Source: an uncultured Mollicutes bacterium (lineage in GTDB: Bacteria; Bacillota_I; Bacilli_A; RFN20; CAG-826). Taken from it: DNA of 64,000 bases. Both the position numbers and the translations under genes were made by a program. A model generated the notes under the pieces. The model was not told where the DNA came from and made no database searches. It saw nothing but the letters and a program-made list of their open reading frames with translations. The stretch is from assembly GCA_900540395.1 (NCBI GenBank), contig UQFQ01000001.1, forward strand, positions 21,809 through 85,808, written 5' to 3'. Below are positions 1 through 9,500 of this stretch, one piece after another. Every line of letters begins with the position of its first letter. Position 1 is the first letter of the stretch.

Positions 1-78
1 GTCTTAGCTGGTATTTACTTAGTAGTTACAATTATTCTTTATATTATTTATAGGGTGAATTTAGCGAGCATTGTTTAA
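1..78 (+). CDS. 3' end of an upstream CDS with hydrophobic C-terminus (partial, runs off window start)
   Basis: Frame 1 is open from base 1 (VLAGIYLVVTIILYIIYRVNLASIV) to TAA at 76-78. Too short to assign a family. Confidence 0.25.
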   Translation, partial: VLAGIYLVVTIILYIIYRVNLASIV

Positions 79-129
79 GTCATGACCTTAAATATCTATT
101 AATCTATATTAGTTTATTAATTTATAGGG

Positions 130-157
130 TTGACAAAAAATAATACTCATTTATTAT
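130..157 (+). promoter_or_regulatory. Candidate sigma-70-type promoter of opp operon 1
   Basis: TTGACA 130-135, 16-nt spacer, TATTAT 152-157, ~50 nt upstream of the AAAGGAG RBS and ATG 206. Confidence 0.4.
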
Positions 158-205
158 TCTAACGACTATGAACTTTTTAAAGTGATTTTGAAAGGAGTGT
201 AATTT

Positions 206-3200
206 ATGAGAAAAAGAAAGGCAATATATGCATTAAGTGCGCTTTTACTCTTAGGTGGAGTAAGTGTTGTTGGCTTAACAAGCTGTGGTCCAACTGAACC
301 AGATCCAGGTCCTAATCCTGGTCCTGTTGTAGATACAAAAATTGATGGTTTTACTCTTGAATTGTCCGGAAGTAGTGAAATCGTTATTGGTGAAACAGTA
401 AATGCTGTTGCAACATCAACTACAGCAGGCGTTGATGGTATTTTTACATATGACTTAACAAGCGGACAAGGCGTTGTGTCTGTCAATGATAATGGTACCG
501 TTACCGGTTTAACTGCTGGAGAGGCAACAATTACTGTTACATGTTTAAATTTAAAAGATACTGTTCCTTCATCTGAAGCAACAAAAACAGTCAGTGTTAC
601 AGTTACTGGCGAAGCTGAATCAACAAATGGTAATGCTTATAACTATGTTGCAAGTTCTTATGAAGAAAAACTTGATATTTTAGGTAAACTTGAAAAATAT
701 GCTGTTGATAACCATTTAACTGGTATTACTTTATTTGAAAATGGTGGCTATGTCATGTATAGCGATCGTATTGAACGTCCAACTAATGAATATATCACTG
801 GTTATGGTATGGGTATTCTTTCCGAAGGAAGAATTACTTCTGATATGGAAGCAGAAACTAATACTGCTTGGAAGAGATATTATCACTCTTATGGTGGCAC
901 AACAAATAAACAGAACTTTAACTATTTAGATGATACTGGTAGTGAATCTGCTGATTTATATGGTTATATTTCTTCTACTTACTATGGTCAAAAGTTGAAT
1001 TCTAATAATACAGGTTATGATTGGTACCCAGTTCTTGCTAAAGTTAACCCAGAAACCAATGATTTCATGCCTCAAGCGTTAAATGAAAACTCAGCAACTC
1101 ACCTTGCGACGCAATATAAAGTTTATGTTAAAACTGGTAAAGATGGCTTAGTTTACAATACTCTTTCTGAAAAAGGGGGTAGACAAGCTAATTTTGCCGG
1201 TAGAGAAGTTAAGCTTGAAGACTACGCAATTCCATTTATGCTTCTTTTAAATGGTAAAATCGGTCTTGCTAGAAATACTGACTACACATCTGATTCTAAT
1301 AACGCTACTTTAAAAGGTGCTAGAGCATTTTCTGATTTAACAAAGAGCGCAACTGATGGCGGTGATGTTGAACGTTACATGAAAACTTTCTACTCACTTG
1401 TTGGTCTCGAATTAAACGAAGAAGAAAGTTCAATTACATTTACATTCAATACTCCTGTTAATCAATTCACCGCAATGACTAACCTTTCTTCAACTCTTAA
1501 TTCGCCAATTCCTTTAGATTTTATTAAACAATTAGCTAGCGAATGTAAGGACACAAATAGTAATACAATGTATTCAACTGCCATGAAAGATGCTTATGGT
1601 ACAGTCAATACTCATGATCAAAATTACACTCCAGTTGATAACGTTTTATCTTTAGCTCCATATGTTCTTGAAGAAGTTAGTCCAACATATAACGTTTATA
1701 AAAGAAATCCTAAATGGGTTGAATTTAATACAAATTATGAACAATATGATGATACAGTAAGTTCAAGATATTCTATTGAAGGTATTAAGATTAACTACCT
1801 CCAAGGTGCAGCTAGTGATGTTAACTACGCATTTAATCAATTTATTAATGCTGGCACTTTAGATGCTGTTTCAATTCCTAAGGATTATATGACTCAATAT
1901 ATCAATGATCCTAGAACAACAATTACTGAAGGTGATTCAACCTTTAAACTTAATTTAAATACAGCTACACAAGCAGAGCGGGATGTACTTTTTGAAGAAA
2001 GTAAAGCCGAAAGCCCATATACTTGTAAACCATTAATGAGCAACGATAACTTTGTTAATGCATTAAGCTTTGCTATTGATAGAGAAACTTATGCAACAAC
2101 AAGAGGAAGTGTCCCATCACAAAGCTACTTTGCTCCTGGATACCTTTGGGAACCAGAAAAAGGTTTATCTTATGATGAAACAGCTCAACATAAAGCTGCA
2201 ATTGCTGAATATTCTCCAGAAACAAACGGCTATAACCTTGACCTTGCAGTTCAATTAATGGATACAGCAATTACTGAAGAAATTAATAAAGGTAATTATA
2301 ATGGTTATGGCGACAGTGAAACAATTGATATCTATTGGATGAATACAACAGATAATCAAGAATATGGAAATGAACTTGTTGGCTACTTTAATAATGCATT
2401 CCAAAGAACAACAGCTTATTCACGTGGATTTAGAATTAACTTTGTTAACCACAATGGTTCAACTAACTATCAAGATGTTTACGATAGAATGGGAAGAGGC
2501 CAATTTGATTTAGCTTTCGGTTCTGTTTCAGGTATGCAACTTGATCCACTCGGATTTATGGAAGTTTTAAAGAGTGATAATACATCAGGATTTACTCTTA
2601 ACTGGGGTCTTGATACTTCTGAGATTAATACAGCCACAGGTAATTACATTAACTATGATGGTAAGATTTGGAGCTTTGATGGTTTATGGACAGCTGCCAC
2701 AAAAGGTGCGTTAATCGATGATGCCGGAAAAGTCGAAAAAGACCCAATTTCATTAGGAAGACCATCAAATCAAGTTGGTGAAGTTAGTGTCGAAGGAGAA
2801 GATGGTGAATTCGATGCTTGGGATGTATATTTACAATTCACTCAAGAAGTTCAAGCAAGTGGTGTTTCATTTAAAGCTTTTGCAGATGCTTCAAGACAAG
2901 AAGATGAATATGCAACTGTTACAATTACATATACACCATCTGGATCAAGAACAAGTAGTACTGTTGTCTTAAATGCTAACTTAGGTCAATTATTTGAATA
3001 TGACACAACCGCTTTAACTGAGGATGGCACATTTAGAAGATCTACAGCTGGATTTAGCATCTTTGTTCCAAAAGTCTTGAATGAAAATTCAACATTTGGA
3101 CAAGTCGCTGACAATAGCGCTATTGATTTATCTTCCTGTTCAAGAGTTGCTGTTACAGTTTATGCAACTTACTACATGACAATTAATGATGTACCAGTTT

Positions 3201-3238
3201 CTACAACTTTAACAACTAGCGCGATTACCATTAAATAA
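206..3238 (+). CDS. oppA: Oversized lipoprotein, family-5 (OppA/DppA-type) peptide-binding protein with N-terminal Ig-like (Big_2-type) domain
   Basis: Signal peptide plus lipobox LTSCG. Big_2-like segment (GETVNAVATS...GLTAGEATITVTC). SBP_bac_5-like motifs WKRYYH, LNEEESSITFTF, YKRNPKW shared with the paralog at 11176. First gene of an A-B-C-D/F operon. 1010 aa versus ~540 typical. Confidence 0.8.
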   Translation: MRKRKAIYALSALLLLGGVSVVGLTSCGPTEPDPGPNPGPVVDTKIDGFTLELSGSSEIVIGETVNAVATSTTAGVDGIFTYDLTSGQGVVSVNDNGTVTGLTAGEATITVTCLNLKDTVPSSEATKTVSVTVTGEAESTNGNAYNYVASSYEEKLDILGKLEKYAVDNHLTGITLFENGGYVMYSDRIERPTNEYITGYGMGILSEGRITSDMEAETNTAWKRYYHSYGGTTNKQNFNYLDDTGSESADLYGYISSTYYGQKLNSNNTGYDWYPVLAKVNPETNDFMPQALNENSATHLATQYKVYVKTGKDGLVYNTLSEKGGRQANFAGREVKLEDYAIPFMLLLNGKIGLARNTDYTSDSNNATLKGARAFSDLTKSATDGGDVERYMKTFYSLVGLELNEEESSITFTFNTPVNQFTAMTNLSSTLNSPIPLDFIKQLASECKDTNSNTMYSTAMKDAYGTVNTHDQNYTPVDNVLSLAPYVLEEVSPTYNVYKRNPKWVEFNTNYEQYDDTVSSRYSIEGIKINYLQGAASDVNYAFNQFINAGTLDAVSIPKDYMTQYINDPRTTITEGDSTFKLNLNTATQAERDVLFEESKAESPYTCKPLMSNDNFVNALSFAIDRETYATTRGSVPSQSYFAPGYLWEPEKGLSYDETAQHKAAIAEYSPETNGYNLDLAVQLMDTAITEEINKGNYNGYGDSETIDIYWMNTTDNQEYGNELVGYFNNAFQRTTAYSRGFRINFVNHNGSTNYQDVYDRMGRGQFDLAFGSVSGMQLDPLGFMEVLKSDNTSGFTLNWGLDTSEINTATGNYINYDGKIWSFDGLWTAATKGALIDDAGKVEKDPISLGRPSNQVGEVSVEGEDGEFDAWDVYLQFTQEVQASGVSFKAFADASRQEDEYATVTITYTPSGSRTSSTVVLNANLGQLFEYDTTALTEDGTFRRSTAGFSIFVPKVLNENSTFGQVADNSAIDLSSCSRVAVTVYATYYMTINDVPVSTTLTTSAITIK

Positions 3239-3260
3239 TATAAACAAGAAAAATTCGAAT

Positions 3261-3296
3261 GAAATTGACGCTGAAAGGCGTCAATTTCTTTCTATT
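3261..3296 (+). terminator. Hairpin after oppA-1 (partial terminator/attenuator between binding-protein and permease genes)
   Basis: GAAATTGACGC/GCGTCAATTTC 11-bp stem with 6-nt loop, followed by TTTCTATTT. Confidence 0.6.
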
Positions 3297-3346
3297 TAAA
3301 AATTAATATTTTTGATAAAATATTAATTGTTTTAGAGGGATTAAAG

Positions 3347-4405
3347 ATGGGTAAATATGTAGTTAAAAGAATTGTGTTGGCTTTAATTACAGCTTTTATC
3401 ATTCTTAGCGTTACTTTTATGCTGATGAGACTCCTTCCTTTCCAACAGCCTGTTGGATTCCCAGTTGATATATGGCGTTATTACGAAGATCAAGTGGAAC
3501 AAGGATTTGTTGTCAGTTTTAATACGCAAGTAGAAGGGTATGGCAGTCTTTTATGGACAACAGAAGGCAAAGAATTAATTCAAGATGGTGGTTTACAATA
3601 TTATTACTATCAAAGACCTATTCTTGAACAATATGGAAACTGGATTTGGAATATTGTGACAGAATGGAACTGGGGTACCTCAACCTCCATTCAAGTTAAT
3701 GCAAGTGCAATTTCAATTATTGGTTCAAGACTTCCAGTTTCAATGGGAATTAATATTATTTCAGTTATAATAAGCGTTCCTCTTGGTATTGCTTTAGGTA
3801 TATGGGCCGCTTTAAAGAAAAATAAGCTTACAGATCATATCATTTCAACTCTTGTTATGATTTTCATTTCTGTTCCTAGCTTTATTATCATTTCCTTACT
3901 TATTAAATTTTTAGCTTATGATTTAAATCTTTTGCCATTCCAATGGCCGGACGCAACAAGTAGTGGTTCGGCAAAAGCTTTAGGTTATGTTATTCCTGTT
4001 TTAGCCTTATGCTTTGGCTCAATTTGTGGTTATTGTCGTTTTACTAGAGCTGAATTATGTGAAGTTATGAGTAGTGATTACCTTTTACTTGCACGTACTA
4101 AAGGCTTAACAAAGAGTCAATGTATTACTCGTCACGCTTTAAGAAATGCTATGGTTCCGATTGTTCCATCTATTCTTGCTGAATTTATTGGTATTCTTTC
4201 TGGTTCAATGATTTTAGAGAATTTATACAATATTCCTGGAATTGGTAATCTTTTTGTTAATTCTATTAATTCTCATGACTATAACGTTTTAATGGTTGAT
4301 ATGGCTATCTTCACACTTATTAGTTTACTTGCAAGTGTTTTCTTAGACATATCTTACGGATTTATTGATCCTCGTATCAGAATGGGAGCGAAGAACAATG
4401 GATAA
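3347..4405 (+). CDS. oppB: Oligopeptide ABC transporter permease OppB
   Basis: N-terminal YVVKRI, ARTKGL EAA-loop motif, C-terminal GFIDPRIRMG. 8-nt overlap (ATGGATAA) with the next gene. Confidence 0.9.
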   Translation: MGKYVVKRIVLALITAFIILSVTFMLMRLLPFQQPVGFPVDIWRYYEDQVEQGFVVSFNTQVEGYGSLLWTTEGKELIQDGGLQYYYYQRPILEQYGNWIWNIVTEWNWGTSTSIQVNASAISIIGSRLPVSMGINIISVIISVPLGIALGIWAALKKNKLTDHIISTLVMIFISVPSFIIISLLIKFLAYDLNLLPFQWPDATSSGSAKALGYVIPVLALCFGSICGYCRFTRAELCEVMSSDYLLLARTKGLTKSQCITRHALRNAMVPIVPSILAEFIGILSGSMILENLYNIPGIGNLFVNSINSHDYNVLMVDMAIFTLISLLASVFLDISYGFIDPRIRMGAKNNG

Positions 4406-6551
4406 TGAAGTTAAAGAGTTTGTATACACTGATAGTAGTGACGTAGAGCATAAAATTCATATAAGATCCAATTCTTTTGAATTCGCTCAAAAAGATAAAA
4501 GCATTCATGATACAAAATTTAAAACAAAACCAACAACCTTCTTAAAAGACGCTTTTAAGAGATTTTGTAAAAACAAATCATCTGTTGCTGGTGCAATTAT
4601 CTTAGGTATCTTACTTTTAGGAAGTATTATTATTCCTATTGCAGACACTTATGATATTGAAAATCAACATCCAAACGAAACATTCCTTGAGCCAAAATTA
4701 TTCCCAACTGGAACTGGTTTTTGGGATGGTACTAAAAGAATGACTGATGTACCAGTTGATCCTTCGACACTTCAAGCTGGTGATGATGGAAATACTTATG
4801 GTTATCCTTTCTCATCACAATATCCATCAAATAGTGTTTTAAATCTTTCTCCAGCCAGACAAGGTTATGTTAACACTGCAACAAGTTCAGCAAGCGGTGG
4901 TTTTATTAATTTAACCAATCTTAACGAACTCGTTACTGAAGAAGATAATGAAAGTGTTCTTAATAGTAAAACTATTTATTATCGTTCAAGCGATTTTACA
5001 ATTCAAAACTTCTCTGAAGCTTTACAATATCGCTTCGAAATTACTCTCCTAGATGAAGATGTTGAAAACTACCCAATTGGTGAATATGGTGTTTTCATCA
5101 CTTATGAAGCAATTGATTTAGAGAGTGGTGAAACTGCTGAATACGAACTTACATTAAAAGATTATGAAGATACACCTCAATATGTTGAAAATACTGAGAC
5201 TGATGTAGTTGGCAATGAAGTTCGTACAAATAAATTAGTTATTGCAAATTGCTTATCTGGAATTAATGACAATACAGCAATCGATTTAACTAAACTAATA
5301 ACAGCCAATATTGAAATTAGATTACGTCCAAATGTTAATAGCACAAGTTCTTTATTTATTAAGAGCATTCAACTTTTTGAAGGTGAACTTGCTGTTAATA
5401 ATGTTAGTTGGACTGATGCTAATGCTAATGCCTTAGTTTCAAGTAGTGCTGATAATTATTGGACTTCAAATGGTAGAATCAATTTCTATCATGGTATTAG
5501 CTGGGTTTGTGATTTTACTTTTGATACCTATGCAGTACCTTACGGAAATCGTAGTCAATCAATCGCTCAAGCTGATCTTGTTGAATATATCAATAATGGT
5601 TGGTTAAGCGCCGATTTACTTCCATATAATGAAGAGACAGGGACTTATAGCAACGCTATTTTAAGAAATTGGTATCAACTATCCTTAAGAAGTCCAAACG
5701 ACGCCTCAGAAATTCTTCAACCTGAATTTGAAAAATATTTCACTGATTTATCAGAAAATTATCTTCCAATTATCAGCATAACTAGTATTAGAAGTACAAC
5801 TTCAAGCGGAATTACTGTTTACACATTAAACTGTGTTGTTAGCGGTTATAAAGTTCTTGGTTATACATCTCAGCCAATTTTCCTTCTTGGAACTGATAAC
5901 TATGGTTATGACATGCTTAAACGTGTCTTTACCGGCTTATTAACTTCTCTTGGCTTAGGTATTCTTATTTTTGCCATTTGTTTCTCCTTTGGTTTAATTT
6001 ATGGTGCAATTTGTGGATATTTTGGCGGAAATATCGATATTGCCCTTCAAAGATTCTGTGATCTTTTAAGTGGTGTTCCATGGATTGTTATTATGACAAT
6101 CTGTATCTTAAATTTAGGTAGTAACTTTGGAACATTCATTCTTGCTATGTGTATGACAGGATGGATTGGCACTGCTAGTTTAACCAGAACTCAATTCTAT
6201 CGTTTTAGAGATAGAGAATATGCTCTTGCTAGTAGAACACTTGGTGCAAGTAACTTTAGATTAATCTTTAAACATATTTTACCTAATGCTATGGGTACAA
6301 TTATTACAAGTGCTGTTTTAATGATCCCAAGTGTTATCTTTACTGAAGCAACAATTTCTTATTTAGGTCTTGGTTTCCAAGATATGCAATCTTTGGGTGT
6401 TATTCTTTCTGATAACCAAACCTATCTTAATACGTACGCTTACTTAATCCTTTTCCCAAGTGTAATTATGGCTTTAATTATGATTAGCTTTAACTTATTT
6501 GGTAACGGTTTAAGAGATGCATTCAATCCATCGCTAAAGGGGAGTGATTAA
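4398..6551 (+). CDS. oppC: Oligopeptide ABC transporter permease OppC with ~400-aa extracytoplasmic insertion
   Basis: Start trimmed to ATG 4398, which overlaps the oppB stop. TM1 is followed by a long soluble region, then GTDNYGYDML (OppC N-terminal motif), a BPD-type membrane core, and C-terminal GNGLRDAFNP. Confidence 0.85.
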   Translation: MDNEVKEFVYTDSSDVEHKIHIRSNSFEFAQKDKSIHDTKFKTKPTTFLKDAFKRFCKNKSSVAGAIILGILLLGSIIIPIADTYDIENQHPNETFLEPKLFPTGTGFWDGTKRMTDVPVDPSTLQAGDDGNTYGYPFSSQYPSNSVLNLSPARQGYVNTATSSASGGFINLTNLNELVTEEDNESVLNSKTIYYRSSDFTIQNFSEALQYRFEITLLDEDVENYPIGEYGVFITYEAIDLESGETAEYELTLKDYEDTPQYVENTETDVVGNEVRTNKLVIANCLSGINDNTAIDLTKLITANIEIRLRPNVNSTSSLFIKSIQLFEGELAVNNVSWTDANANALVSSSADNYWTSNGRINFYHGISWVCDFTFDTYAVPYGNRSQSIAQADLVEYINNGWLSADLLPYNEETGTYSNAILRNWYQLSLRSPNDASEILQPEFEKYFTDLSENYLPIISITSIRSTTSSGITVYTLNCVVSGYKVLGYTSQPIFLLGTDNYGYDMLKRVFTGLLTSLGLGILIFAICFSFGLIYGAICGYFGGNIDIALQRFCDLLSGVPWIVIMTICILNLGSNFGTFILAMCMTGWIGTASLTRTQFYRFRDREYALASRTLGASNFRLIFKHILPNAMGTIITSAVLMIPSVIFTEATISYLGLGFQDMQSLGVILSDNQTYLNTYAYLILFPSVIMALIMISFNLFGNGLRDAFNPSLKGSD

Positions 6552-6553
6552 AA

Positions 6554-9500
6554 ATGGAACAAAATAAGTTAAATTCAGTAGACTATAAAAATACTCCTAA
6601 AGTTCTTGAAGTTAAAAACTTAAGAGTTAACTTCAAAAGCGATTCAGGGATGGTTTATGCAGTTAGAGGCGTTTCTTTTGACCTTTATAAAGGTGAAACA
6701 CTTTGTATTGTTGGTGAATCTGGTAGTGGTAAATCAGTTACATCAAAAACTATCATGGGAATTTTAGCTAACAATGCTGTTGTTGAAAGTGATCAAATTC
6801 TTTATGAAGGTGAAGATTTAATCCGTGTTAGTGAAGAAGAATTCCATCGTATTAGAGGACACAAAATTGGAATGATTTTCCAAGATCCTCTTTCTTCACT
6901 TAACCCTATTTGTAGAGTTGGCAAGCAAATTACTGAAGCAACTCTTATTAATAAAAATATTTTAAAAAGACATTATAACGAATTAATTTCTAAGGAACTT
7001 GTTAACTTAAGAAACTCAAAAGCTAACGCAGATTATGAAATTAATCGACTTGATAATGAACTTAATAAAATTAATGGTTATATCAAATTCCTTAATACAC
7101 CATTAAAAAATCAAGACGATGAAGAACAAATTAAAAAACATCAAGATACTATTGAAGAAATAGCTGAATTTTGTTCACTTTTTGTTCGTGATGACAAGAA
7201 ACTTCTTGAAGAAACAACTCATGAACTTGATGCTTTAAAAAATACCAGAGACTTTGATTCTCGTTATCTTGAAGAAGAAATCAATTCTAAAAAGATTGAA
7301 CTTATTAATGAAAAACTTGAACTTCTTAAAACTGATTCAACAAGTTATGAAGGAAAAGAAAATCTTGATAGTTTAACAATTAGAAAAGAATTTTTAGAAA
7401 AGTTAAAAGAATATACTTTAAAAGAATATAAAACACTTAAACCTTTATTAAAAACTGCTCTTACAAATAAGAAAAAAGATGCTAGTGTTTTAAATAAAGA
7501 ATATGCTTTAAAACTTAAAGCTGAACGTGACGAAAAACTTGCTAAGCTTGAAGAAGATTTGACGGTTGCTAAACAAGAATTTGATAATACTTTTGCTAAT
7601 GCTAGCGAAGAAGCTAAAAATAATCTTGCTTTAATGACTGCAAAAGAAGAAAAACCTAAAAAATCAATTCTTTCTTTCTTTAAAAAGCAAAAACAAGAAG
7701 AAATCAATATCTCTAAATTGGGTAAACAAGAAGAGAAAATCACTACAACTGGTGATGACGAACTTGATAAAGCTCACTTTAAAGTAAAAGATATTGAAGA
7801 TCAAATTAAAAAAGTTAAAGAAGATTATATTAACTCGACAAAAGTAACTAAAAAAGAAGCTAAGAAAATGGCTCTTGAGGTTATGAGAGAAGTTGGTATT
7901 CCTCTTCCAGAAAAACGTTTCAAACAATATCCATTTGAATTTTCTGGTGGTATGAGACAAAGAATTGTTATTGCAATTGCCTTAACTGCTAATCCAGATA
8001 TTTTAATTTGTGATGAACCAACAACCGCACTTGATGTTACAATTCAAGCTCAAATTCTTGAACTTATTAATACTTTAAAAAGAGAAAGAGGGCTTTCCTG
8101 TATCTTTATTACTCACGATTTAGGTGTTGTTGCTAATATGGCAGATAGAGTTGCTGTCATGTATGCTGGTAAAATCGTTGAATATGGAACTGCTTATGAG
8201 ATTTTCTATAATCCTAAACATCCATATACTTGGGCTTTACTTTCTTCAATTCCTGATATTGATTCTAAAGAAAAACTTGAAGCAATTCCTGGAACACCGC
8301 CAGATATGCGTTTCCCTCCAAAAGGCGATGCGTTTGCTTTAAGAAGTAAATATGCACTTGAAATTGATTTTAGACATGAGCCACCATTTTATAAGGTTAG
8401 TGATACACATTATGCTGCAACCTGGTTATTACATCCAGATGCACCTCAAGTCGAGATGCCTCGAATTGTTAAGACTCGTATTGCAAATTCAATTAAACAA
8501 TATGAAGAAAGTAAATCAGTTAATCAAGAACAATTAAAAGAAGTACCAAAAGAAAGCTTCGATCTTCTTAAAAGTGTTATGCAAGAAAATGAAGCTTCAA
8601 AGAGTGCTAGACAAGCCTTGCTTTCTTCAAATATTGAAGCTTATCGTATTGCTGAAGAGGGAAAGAGTGTTATTTCAAAAGAAGATCATTCTCTTGAACT
8701 TGATGAAGTAAATCCAACTAAGGATGAATTAAGTGGAATTGACGAAGAAAATAAAGAAGAAGCTATCAAAGATATTCGTAGTAAATGTAAATATAAAGAT
8801 GAATATGTTCAAAATAACATTATTTTAAGTGTCAACCATTTAAAACAATATTTCTTCTTTGGGAAAGGGCCTAATCGCTATAAGTTAAAAGCTGTTCATG
8901 ATGTTTCTTTCCAAATTAAGGAAGGAGAATGCTTTGGTATAGTTGGTGAATCAGGATGTGGTAAAACAACAACTGGTCGTTCAATTATTAGACTTTATCA
9001 TATTACTAGCGGCTCAATTTATTATAAAGGGGTCAGAATTGGTGCTGGTAGTAGATGGAATGTTAAAGAAATTAAATACACCAATTTAAGGTATAACGCT
9101 AAGGTTAAAGAACTTAAAGAATTACTTAAAGATGGTAAAATTAGCCAAGATGAATATAATTCCGAGTTTAATAAGGCTAAAGAATATCGTGATAATGTAG
9201 TTCGTGTTCAAAAAGAAAAGATCAAGCAAATCAAACATGATGATAAGCATGTGTCTAGAAAATTAATGAGCGAAATTCAAATGATTTTCCAAGATCCTAT
9301 TGATTCTCTTGATCCAAGAATGACAGTTGAAGATATCATTCAAGAAGGTTTAAGAATTCAAGGCTTTACAAATAAAGCTGAAAATCATGAAAAGGTCGTT
9401 AATGTTTTAGAAAAAGTTGGCTTGATTGCTGATTATTGTAACAGATACCCACATGAATTCTCTGGTGGTCAAAGACAAAGAATTGGTATTGCACGTGCCT

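Noticed and set aside
166-486. Many short ORF-track entries antisense to, or embedded in, long genes. Examples: 166-486(-), 735-929, 2070-2270, 5177-5368(-), 7345-7743(-), 7664-7960(-), 18100-18363(-), 23320-23601, 25991-26230, 27937-28248, 36045-36317(-), 51885-52145(-), 53582-53851(-), 55593-55844(-), 61357-61560(-), 62829-63152(-).
   Set aside because: Each lies fully within a longer ORF that has clear family motifs. They have low-complexity or hydrophobic shadow-frame composition and no RBS, as expected by chance in AT-rich DNA with K/E-rich genes on the other strand.
4365-4397. N-terminal extensions of ORF-track calls at 4365, 11125, 13895, 14973, 26214-28256, 29124, 35862, 44437, 48039, 49707, 55375, 56637, 60013 and 61986.
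   Set aside because: The extensions overlap upstream genes, hairpins or the riboswitch terminator. Internal ATGs preceded by Shine-Dalgarno sequences give canonical N-termini (signal peptides, MKK-type lipoprotein starts, conserved family starts).
8579-8581. Internal ATG as an independent OppF-1 start, which would make the OppD-OppF fusion only apparent.
   Set aside because: There is no stop codon in the OppD frame upstream of it and no Shine-Dalgarno sequence. The frame is continuous, so the fused product is the simplest reading, although internal initiation cannot be excluded from sequence alone.
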